A stretch of 64,000 nucleotides of DNA from Pirellulales bacterium. Its GTDB lineage: Bacteria; Planctomycetota; Planctomycetia; Pirellulales; JAICIG01. Each line of letters starts with the position of its first letter. Within the stretch, counting starts at the first letter, position 1. Under the pieces are notes generated by a model. The model ran no database searches. It saw nothing but the letters and a program-made list of their open reading frames with translations, and had not been told where the DNA came from. The stretch is from NCBI GenBank assembly GCA_040901675.1, contig JBBDYJ010000032.1:32656-96655 (forward strand). Direction: 5' to 3'. Made by a program: the position numbers and the translations under genes. Below are positions 56,741 to 64,000 of this stretch, in pieces.

Positions 56741-59359
56741 TTAGGGCCCGCCGGTCTTGGTTCGCCGTTCGAGCGTGTCCAGCGTCTCTTTCAGCGTGTA
56801 CTCCAGATACTGGTCCGGGGGGTGGGCCAGCGACTCCAGCGCCACCTCGATGGCCCGCTGATCGTGGAAGAAGCTGCAAGCGCGTACTGCTTCCAGCCGC
56901 ACGCGTGGATGCTCGTCGCCGGCCTGCACGTGGAGCAAGTCGAGCGCGGCCGGCACGCGATCGCGCCAGTAGCACAGCACCCGCGTGGCCGCCGCGCGGG
57001 CACGGTAGTCGGGCGACCGCAGGATCCGCGCCAGCAGCTCCTGATCCACTACGTCGTGCTGCTGATGTATCCACAGGGCCTCGAGCAAGTGGTGCTGGTA
57101 CTCCGGATCGTTCTTGTCCAAGCGGGCGATCCAACTGTCCAGCTCGTCCATCACCTGCCGCGTGTCGCGGGTACGCAGCTCGCGGCGCACGCGGTAGCGC
57201 GTGCGGTCCTCATATTCCTTCAACAGCTCCAGCAACTCGGCGATGGAAGCCCCTTCGATCCTGGGCGGCTTAACGAGCGGCCGCGACGGATAGCTGATCC
57301 GCCAGATGCGACCGTGCGTCTTGTCGCGGCCCGGATCGCGGATGGAGTGCTGCATGTGCCCGACAAGCGGGTTGAACCAGTCGACCACGTACAACGCGCC
57401 GTCGGGTCCGAACGAGAGCGCTACCGGGCGGAAGTTGAGATCTTGCGACTGCAACAGCGGCTCGACCGGTTCGGCGAAGAACCCCGACCCCTCGTCCCGC
57501 ACGCGGTACTGCAACACCCCCTGGAAGCCGATGCAGTTGTTCAACAGATAGTTGCCATGCGCCTCGGGCGGAAAATGCCGGCTGGAGACGATCTCGCAGC
57601 CCGACGTGGGCCGCCACTGCATCTTGAGGAACTGCGGCATGCCGCCATGCTTGTGGGGGTAATCGACCTGGCCGGAGAAGGCCGTGCCGAAGTAGTTGGC
57701 CCCGCCGGAGGCGTCGGCCACGAGGTTCTGCCCCCAGCGCTCGAAGATGTGCCCCCAGGGGTTGGCGAAGCCGTAAGAGACAAACGTCTCGAACTTGCCG
57801 GTCAACGGTTCGTAGCGGAACACGGCGGCGTCCTTGACGCGCTCGGGCCCGTAGGGCGTCTCGACCTGGGTATGGTGAAAGGTGCCTTCCTGGAAATACA
57901 AGGCTCCGTCCGGCCCCCAGGTGAAGGCGCTGATGGAGTGGTGCGAATCGGCCGAGTCGAAGCCGTGCAAGATGATCTCGCGGGCGTCGGCCCGGTCGTC
58001 GCCGTCGGTGTCCTTGAGGAACGTCAAGTTCGGCTGCTGGGCCACGTAGGCCCCGCCATCGCCCAGCTCGATGCCGGTCGGCAGATAGACCTTATCGGCA
58101 AACACCGTCTCCTTATCGGCCCGGCCGTCGCCGTCGGTGTCTTCGTAGATCAGCACCTTGTCGTCGACCGGGTGGCCCGGCAAGTACATCGGATACGAGG
58201 GCATGGTGCAAACCCACAGCCGTCCCCGCGAGTCGAAGGTGAACTGAACCGGCTTCTGAAGATTCGGGAACTCGACTTCGGAGGCAAACAGGTTCACCTC
58301 GTACCCGGCGGGCAGCTTCATCTGCCGCTGGGAGTCGTCGGGAGTCGTGATCTCGATGGGGCGTTCGAAGTTGGTCGGGATATCGGCCATCTCGCCGGTG
58401 TTGCTGTCGTCGATTTCGGTGGGCACTTCCCGCCCCTGGGCCACCGCCCAGATCCGCTGGTCGCGGTTGGCAATCATCTTCCGCAGCTTGGCAAACTCGG
58501 CCGGGAAGTTGACGACGCCGAACGGCTCCTTGCGGCCGCCATAGATGTAATAGCCGTTGACCGCCCGGTAGTCGTACCAGAATTGCAGGTCCTTTTCTAA
58601 AACCTCCTGGCGGAGCCTCGCCAGGTCGGCCTTGGTCCCGGCAGGCCGCGGGCCGAACAGGGCCTCGTCCAGCACGCCGGCAATCAACTGGTCGCCCTGT
58701 TCGTTCAGGTGAATGCCGTTGATCGTGAGCTTGCGTTCGGCCGATTGCATGAGCTTGAACGAACTGGTGAACAGGTCGACAAACACAACGCCCTCGTGGC
58801 GAGCGGCAGCCTTGCCCATCGCTTCGCTGTACAGCGCGATGTTCTTGTTGTTGGCCTGGCCGTCGGGCAGAGTCGGCCGGCCCAGGTTTTCATGCGCGAT
58901 GGGCGAAACCAGCACCAGCCGCGGGGGCGCCTCGCCGTTGTAGCTGGTTGAAGTGGTTTCCTTGATGAAGTTCTCCAGGTCGCTCTCGAACTTCGGCAGT
59001 CCTTGGCGGCCCCCGAACGACTCGTTGAAGCCGAAGGAGGCCACTAGCACGTCCGGCTGGTGATCGGCCAGCGTGTGGCCGTGATCCTGGAAATCGAGCG
59101 ACCGGGGGCGAAGCGTCAACTCGTCGGCCGACCAGCCCAGGTTTCGGACCACCAGGCGATGTTCCGGAAAGCGGCTCTGGAGCAACGTTTCGAAATGGCC
59201 GAATTGCTGCATCCGCTCGGCGAACGTGTTGCCGATGATGACGATCTTGTCGCCTGGATTCAGGCTCAGCTTCGCCTCGCCGACAAACGCAAGTCCTGTT
59301 GCGACGGCAACTACTGCCACCGCCCAAACAGCACGGACCGCCAATCTTCTTCGCGGCAT
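56741..59359 (-). CDS. PVC-type putative membrane-bound dehydrogenase: SGNH-like domain + beta-propeller + HEAT
   Basis: IVIIGNTFAE, RNLGWS.D, NGIHL; LFASE, FDSRGRLWV, EDTDGDGRADK, WGPDGALY, NPWG, FGPDGALYVVDW, GRIWRI. Confidence 0.9.
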   Translation of the reverse strand: MPRRRLAVRAVWAVAVVAVATGLAFVGEAKLSLNPGDKIVIIGNTFAERMQQFGHFETLLQSRFPEHRLVVRNLGWSADELTLRPRSLDFQDHGHTLADHQPDVLVASFGFNESFGGRQGLPKFESDLENFIKETTSTSYNGEAPPRLVLVSPIAHENLGRPTLPDGQANNKNIALYSEAMGKAAARHEGVVFVDLFTSSFKLMQSAERKLTINGIHLNEQGDQLIAGVLDEALFGPRPAGTKADLARLRQEVLEKDLQFWYDYRAVNGYYIYGGRKEPFGVVNFPAEFAKLRKMIANRDQRIWAVAQGREVPTEIDDSNTGEMADIPTNFERPIEITTPDDSQRQMKLPAGYEVNLFASEVEFPNLQKPVQFTFDSRGRLWVCTMPSYPMYLPGHPVDDKVLIYEDTDGDGRADKETVFADKVYLPTGIELGDGGAYVAQQPNLTFLKDTDGDDRADAREIILHGFDSADSHHSISAFTWGPDGALYFQEGTFHHTQVETPYGPERVKDAAVFRYEPLTGKFETFVSYGFANPWGHIFERWGQNLVADASGGANYFGTAFSGQVDYPHKHGGMPQFLKMQWRPTSGCEIVSSRHFPPEAHGNYLLNNCIGFQGVLQYRVRDEGSGFFAEPVEPLLQSQDLNFRPVALSFGPDGALYVVDWFNPLVGHMQHSIRDPGRDKTHGRIWRISYPSRPLVKPPRIEGASIAELLELLKEYEDRTRYRVRRELRTRDTRQVMDELDSWIARLDKNDPEYQHHLLEALWIHQQHDVVDQELLARILRSPDYRARAAATRVLCYWRDRVPAALDLLHVQAGDEHPRVRLEAVRACSFFHDQRAIEVALESLAHPPDQYLEYTLKETLDTLERRTKTGGP

Positions 59360-59604
59360 GTCATACTCCCGACCCGGTGTTCATCGCAATGCAACGGATA
59401 ACCAAACACTAAGCTGTATAGCCCCGGCCCGCAATGCCCTGAGAGGGGACCGGGGCCGGTGGCGAATCGCCCTTGAACCGGCCCCCGAATTGAGTGGTGC
59501 TGCCCATCCCCCTGGCTGATTCCTCTCCCGGTCCCCTGTTTTTGTTGACTCTGCCCGGCCTGGCGGCCACAGTAAGACCATTGAAGACCTTGTTGAGCCG
59601 CCGT

Positions 59605-59739
59605 CCAGAGAGATCCAGCCCAGAGAGATCGAGCCCAGAGAGATCGAGCCCAGAGAGATCGAGCCCAGAGAGATCGAGCCCAGAGAGATCCAGCCCACAG
59701 AGATCCAGCCCAGAGAGATCCAGCCCAGAGAGATCCAGC
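59605..59739 (+). repeat. 15-bp tandem repeat x9, CCAGAGAGATC(C/G)AGC
   Basis: Nine contiguous units ending 4 nt before the ATG at 59744. Confidence 0.97.
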
Positions 59740-59743
59740 ACTG

Positions 59744-61474
59744 ATGAGACAACCGTTCGGCCCAGCGCGCTCGTGCCTGGCGCTTCTCCTCGCGACCGCC
59801 GGGACCATTGCCTGTCGAGCAGGCGAGCCACTCCGGCAACCGGCTGCTTCCGAGACGGCCGTCGAGTACGACCTGGTGATCCGTGGCGGCACAATCTACG
59901 ACGGTCTCGGGCAAAAGCCTTTCCGCGGCGACGTGGCGGTTCAGGGCGACAAGATCGAAAAACTGGGGGACGTCGGCGGCGCGAAAGGCCGCGTGGAGCT
60001 GGACGCCCGGGGCCTGGCCGTGGCTCCCGGCTTCATCAACATGCTGAGTTGGGCCACCGAGTCGCTGCTCGCCGACGGCCGCTCGCAAAGCGACATCCGG
60101 CAGGGGGTGACGCTGGAAGTGTTCGGGGAGGGGTGGTCGATGGGTCCTCTCAACGAGCAGATGCGGGCCGACATGATCCGCCTGCAAGGCGACATTAAGT
60201 TCGAGGTGCCCTGGACCAGCTTGTCGGAGTACCTGGAGCATCTGGCCGCGCGGGGGATTTCGCCCAACGTGGCTTCATTCGTTGGCGCGACGACGGTCCG
60301 CGTACACGTGCTGGGCTACCAGGACCGCCGGCCGACGGCAGAAGAGCTTGAAACAATGTGCCGCCTGGTCCGCGAGGCGATGGCCGGCGGAGCGCTGGGC
60401 GTGGGATCGTCGTTGATCTACGCCCCGGCCTTCTATGCCGGCACCGACGAGTTGGTGGCGCTCTCAAAGGCGGCTGCCGAGTACGACGGCATGTACATCT
60501 CGCACATTCGCAGCGAAGGCAATCGGCTGCTGAAGTCGGTCGACGAGCTGATCGACATCGCCCGGCGGTCGGGGATCAGGGCCGAGATCTATCACCTGAA
60601 GGCGGCGGGCCGGAGCAACTGGCCCAAGCGCGACCAGGTGATCGCCAAGGTCGAGGCCGCCCGCCGCGAGGGGCTGGCCATCACAGCAGACATGTACACC
60701 TACACGGCCGGAGCCACCGGATTGGACGCCGCCATGCCGCCCTGGGTGCAGGAGGGGGGCCTGAACCGGTGGATCGCACGCCTGGAGGAACCTCAGACGC
60801 GGGACCGGGTGATCCAGGAGATGAAGACGCCGACGGACGATTGGGAGAACCTGTTGTTGGCGGCCGGCTCGCCCGACAAGGTGCTGCTGGTCGGTTTCAA
60901 GAGCGAAGCTTTGAAGCCCTTCACGGGCCGCACGCTGGCCGAAGTCGCGCGCCGCCGCGGCAAATCGCCGGAGGAGACGGCCATCGAGCTGGTGATCGAA
61001 GACCGCAGCCGCGTCGGCGCCGTCTACTTTCTGATGGACGAGGCCGACGTTCGGGCGAACGTGGCCTTGCCTTGGGTCAGCTTTTGCTCCGATTCGGCCT
61101 CACTGGCGCCGGAGGGGGTTTTTCTGCGTTCGCAGCCGCACCCGCGGGCCTACGGCAGTTTCGCTCGCCTGCTGGGCAAGTACGTCCGCGACGAAGGAGT
61201 CTTGCCGCTGGAGGCAGCCATCCACAAGCTCACCGCGCTACCGGCGGGCAACCTGCGTCTCCAGGACCGCGGCCGTCTGGCGGCGGGGTACCATGCCGAC
61301 ATCGTGGTGTTCGACCCGGCGACCATCACGGATCACGCCACGTTCGACAGGCCTCACCAGTATGCCACCGGCGTGCGCCACGTGCTGGTCAACGGCGTTG
61401 CCGTTCTCCAGGACGGCGAGCACACCGGGGCGACTCCCGGCCGCGTCGTGTGGGGCCCCGGAAAAAGGGGATAA
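59744..61474 (+). CDS. N-acyl-D-amino-acid deacylase (D-aminoacylase, amidohydrolase superfamily), exported
   Basis: YDLVIRGGTIYDG, APGFIN, Y.SHIRSE, HLK, CSD, HPRAYGSF, ADIVVFDP, VLVNG. Confidence 0.93.
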   Translation: MRQPFGPARSCLALLLATAGTIACRAGEPLRQPAASETAVEYDLVIRGGTIYDGLGQKPFRGDVAVQGDKIEKLGDVGGAKGRVELDARGLAVAPGFINMLSWATESLLADGRSQSDIRQGVTLEVFGEGWSMGPLNEQMRADMIRLQGDIKFEVPWTSLSEYLEHLAARGISPNVASFVGATTVRVHVLGYQDRRPTAEELETMCRLVREAMAGGALGVGSSLIYAPAFYAGTDELVALSKAAAEYDGMYISHIRSEGNRLLKSVDELIDIARRSGIRAEIYHLKAAGRSNWPKRDQVIAKVEAARREGLAITADMYTYTAGATGLDAAMPPWVQEGGLNRWIARLEEPQTRDRVIQEMKTPTDDWENLLLAAGSPDKVLLVGFKSEALKPFTGRTLAEVARRRGKSPEETAIELVIEDRSRVGAVYFLMDEADVRANVALPWVSFCSDSASLAPEGVFLRSQPHPRAYGSFARLLGKYVRDEGVLPLEAAIHKLTALPAGNLRLQDRGRLAAGYHADIVVFDPATITDHATFDRPHQYATGVRHVLVNGVAVLQDGEHTGATPGRVVWGPGKRG

Positions 61475-61538
61475 AGTCTGACTTATCCCACATGGCAGCT
61501 TTTCTCGTTCGAGGTGGGTTTGCTAACCGCGCCGCACC

Positions 61539-61557
61539 GGGTCGGCTAAGCCGACCC
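61539..61557. terminator. Hairpin between convergent genes
   Basis: GGGTCGGC-taa-GCCGACCC perfect stem with no clear U-tract, so it may be a repeat rather than a terminator. Confidence 0.35.
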
Positions 61558-61575
61558 CCGACCCCGGCAACCTCG

Positions 61576-62004
61576 TCATGGCAACGACGACAGCGGCACG
61601 ACAAATGGGAAAAGCGCCTGTAGATTTCTAACCAGCTTGTCATCAGCCGTGACAAGTTGGCAATTCTCCAACTCGGCCAAAGCAACATAGAGGCAGTCAT
61701 AGATGCTGGCCCGTGTTTGCGTGGCTATCACGTATGCCCGCGGTAGGAGGACGGGAAGCGCGGCATGGATCTTTGGCTGGGTGGTGAGAAAATCGATTAA
61801 GAGGCTCAGCGATTTGCCGGCTGGAACTCTTCCGCGCCGTTCAGCGACTAGGATAGCGTTTGCGACCTCGGTGGGAAAAATGTCCGGAGCCAAAAGCTCA
61901 TGGACCGCGTTGTGAAAGCCAACGCGAAGGGCGCCCGCTTTGTCGCTGAACTGTTCGACGACTTCCCACTTGAAACCAATGGAAGCATCGACGACATATT
62001 TCAT
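61576..62004 (-). CDS. vapC: PIN-domain toxin (VapC family)
   Basis: YVVDAS, EVANA, YDCLYVALA, LVTAD. Confidence 0.92.
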   Translation of the reverse strand: MKYVVDASIGFKWEVVEQFSDKAGALRVGFHNAVHELLAPDIFPTEVANAILVAERRGRVPAGKSLSLLIDFLTTQPKIHAALPVLLPRAYVIATQTRASIYDCLYVALAELENCQLVTADDKLVRNLQALFPFVVPLSSLP

Positions 62005-62213
62005 TCGGCGTCCCGCGTTTCGCGGATTATGTGGACTCCAATGTCCTGGACGCCGAATTCCTGCAGCATCTCATCGCGTACCTTGTCGGCTCGCTCCGTA
62101 ACGCGGCGGATGAGCTCCGGGTCACGGACTCCTCCCGCAAGCGACTGGCGGGCGACTTCTTCCAGATCCGCCATGATGTCCGCCGGAATCCCGTACAAAT
62201 CAGTTGTGGCCAT
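62001..62213 (-). CDS. Putative antitoxin for the PIN toxin
   Basis: 70 aa, acidic and helical, ending in 'IIRETRD'; ATGA overlap with vapC. Confidence 0.8.
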   Translation of the reverse strand: MATTDLYGIPADIMADLEEVARQSLAGGVRDPELIRRVTERADKVRDEMLQEFGVQDIGVHIIRETRDAE

Positions 62214-62366
62214 ACTGATATTCTGGCACGCTTTGCGGTGCGGTCAATCCGATTGCTCCAGGAAGGAGGATACACCGGCTCCCGGCGGCCGGTGATATTT
62301 TCGGAAAGTGCGGGCGGTAGCCTACCACCGCCGGGCGCGCAGCTTGACTATCCGCTGCTGGACGGC

Positions 62367-63905
62367 TTACCGGAATACCTCGTCGCGGATGACGAGCTGG
62401 TCGGGGGGCCAGGATTTTTCTTGGGAGACCTGCGGCCAGAAGCGGCGATAGATGATGCGGACGCGGACGTGGTCGAGCGGGGCGGGAAAGAGGTACCGGC
62501 TGCGGTCGGGCTGAGAAGGGAATAGCCGAGTGTCAGCCATGGTACAGCCGGCCCGCCAGAAGGGCGCCGGGGAATTCCCCTCGGGGTCGGTGAGCAGTTT
62601 TGCATATAAGCGGCCGGGCAGGCCGGCCAATTCTTCTCCGGCGGGATCGGGAAGCCGTGAACCTTCGAGCAGCTCGAGCCGCTGACCCGCCGAGTCGAAG
62701 GGCTCGACCACCAGCAGGAGATGCCGGTCGATGTAGCCGGTGGGCACGCGGTGGCCGACGCCTTCGGCCGCCAGCTCTACCACGACCCGGGCCTGCGCCG
62801 GCTCCCGCTCGAGATGAACGGATAGCTTCAGGCAGCGCTCGAGCATCGCGCGGCGGCCGCCGGGCAACATGCCGTGGCCGGCCAGCGTGTGCGCCGGCCG
62901 CTCGACGCCGCCCGCCCCGGGCGCAATGTTGGTCATCCGGCCGGTGGGCGCCATGTGACAGTCCTGGCATTGCCGCCCCTGCCGCCCCGCCGGGCTGTCG
63001 AGCCACTCGCTATAGGTGCCGTACACGTGGACGCCGAAGACAACCCCCTCGTGGCAGCTCGAGCAGAAGCGGCTTTCGCCCTGCAATGGCGAGAAGGCAT
63101 CCTCGCCACGGTCCACGTCGTCCAAGGGTCCGAAAAACAACTGCCCTTCCGCCGGACGCAACAGTTCCAAGGCAAAACGCCCGTGGGCCAGGCCGACGTG
63201 GTCGGTGTGCACATCGTGGATCTTGTGGCACAGGTCGCAGTGCACTCCCTGGGCGGCCACGTCGCGCACCTTCCGGATATCGTCGAAGGCCGGCGAGTCC
63301 TCGGCAATGGTGGGCGCATGGCACGATGCACACACGGCCGCACCGTCGGGATGCTCGCCGAGCAGGCTCCAGCCGCGCCCCGCCCGGCCGTGCCAGTCGC
63401 TGCCGTCGTACAGGTTCAACAGCCGCCGGTTCACCGCCGCCGAGGCATGGCCGCTCGATTTCCACTCGTCATAAATTGCCCTGTGGCAGTTGCCGCAGTT
63501 GTGGGCCTGGTTGCCGGCGGGCGTCGGATCGACCCAGGCATAGTCGGGCCAGTCGCCCGCGGGGAGCGGCTCCAGGCGGATCACGAGCGGCTGCCGCCCG
63601 GCCGGCATGCCCCCGATCAGATAACCCTCCTTGGCGGCGGTGACCGTGGCGCCGGCCGTCAGCCGGCGGGGCAGGCTGAACCGCCCGCCCTCGTCGGTCA
63701 ATACAAATGATCGGCTGGCCTTGATCCGAACACGGGCACCGGCAATCGGTCCCTCGCGGCTAACGACCTGCCCACGGACGAGCATGGTGGGTACGGTTGT
63801 GGCAGGGCCCTCCGAAAGTGACGGCGAGCCGGCCAAACCCGCCAGCCAAAGCATTGCGGATAGCACAAGCAGGATGACGCAGAACAGTCGGAGCGAAGGC
63901 CGCAT
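62367..63905 (-). CDS. Pentaheme c-type cytochrome with N-terminal carboxypeptidase-regulatory-like domain
   Basis: Five CxxCH motifs (CGNCH, CASCH, CDLCH, CSSCH, CQDCH); PIAGARVRI..TDEGGRF.L; GHRVPTG. Confidence 0.9.
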   Translation of the reverse strand: MRPSLRLFCVILLVLSAMLWLAGLAGSPSLSEGPATTVPTMLVRGQVVSREGPIAGARVRIKASRSFVLTDEGGRFSLPRRLTAGATVTAAKEGYLIGGMPAGRQPLVIRLEPLPAGDWPDYAWVDPTPAGNQAHNCGNCHRAIYDEWKSSGHASAAVNRRLLNLYDGSDWHGRAGRGWSLLGEHPDGAAVCASCHAPTIAEDSPAFDDIRKVRDVAAQGVHCDLCHKIHDVHTDHVGLAHGRFALELLRPAEGQLFFGPLDDVDRGEDAFSPLQGESRFCSSCHEGVVFGVHVYGTYSEWLDSPAGRQGRQCQDCHMAPTGRMTNIAPGAGGVERPAHTLAGHGMLPGGRRAMLERCLKLSVHLEREPAQARVVVELAAEGVGHRVPTGYIDRHLLLVVEPFDSAGQRLELLEGSRLPDPAGEELAGLPGRLYAKLLTDPEGNSPAPFWRAGCTMADTRLFPSQPDRSRYLFPAPLDHVRVRIIYRRFWPQVSQEKSWPPDQLVIRDEVFR

Positions 63906-63931
63906 GACGACGATATCTTAACGCGCCGGCT

Positions 63932-63955
63932 GTAGCGGAAGTCGCCAGACTTCCG
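63932..63955 (+). repeat. GTAG-type REP
   Basis: GTAGCGGAAGTCGCCAGACTTCCG; same family as the copies at 5493 and 14116. Confidence 0.75.
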
Positions 63956-64000
63956 GCCCGTCGAAAACGCTCTAGTGCCGGAGTTGCTGGGAATGGAAGA

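Noticed and set aside
59605..59739. CRISPR array
   Set aside because: Units are contiguous 15-mers with no spacers, and there are no cas genes.
59409..59894. Pentapeptide-repeat protein from the (GLDLS)n minus-strand frame
   Set aside because: It overlaps the deacylase 5' end antisense, its flanks look non-coding, and every frame of a 15-bp repeat gives a pentapeptide.
62222..62236. Sigma-54 promoter TGGCACGCTTTGC
   Set aside because: GG-GC spacing is 8 rather than 10, and it points away from the TA operon.
1..64000. Prophage, IS element or integron
   Set aside because: No integrase, transposase or phage structural genes were recognised in the window.

Overview
High-GC bacterial DNA that looks planctomycete (Pirellulales-like). 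This is inferred from gene content: DUF1501 and DUF1549/DUF1553 modules, PVC-type heme proteins and typical GTAG repeats. The window holds about 48 CDS and no rRNA, tRNA, CRISPR array or transposase. Main blocks: (i) an Ldh_2 / Na+:solute symporter / SDR catabolic operon; (ii) an HNH nuclease with a small helical partner; (iii) a di-heme cytochrome c behind a probable sigma-54 promoter, a Tat-signal aldo-keto reductase and a Nudix hydrolase; (iv) two DUF1501-DUF1549/DUF1553 modules flanking an operon with three tandem membrane-protein paralogues that differ in one loop; (v) a peroxiredoxin-Ser/Thr kinase fusion; (vi) a type II secretion-like cluster (gspE,F,G,H,I,J,K, PilM/N-like, M/C-like, giant secretin, lipoprotein) plus a second secretin-like protein with no barrel; (vii) a split PVC-type dehydrogenase/cytochrome pair, a D-aminoacylase, a VapBC pair and a pentaheme cytochrome. 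The two strongest candidates for undescribed biology are an apparently two-part, extra-long secretin conduit (N0 + about 7 N-repeats without barrel, and about 9 N-repeats + barrel without N0) and the peroxiredoxin-kinase fusion. Intergenic DNA is rich in REP-like palindromes and heptamer tandem arrays. All domain calls come from reading motifs by eye; no searches were run.
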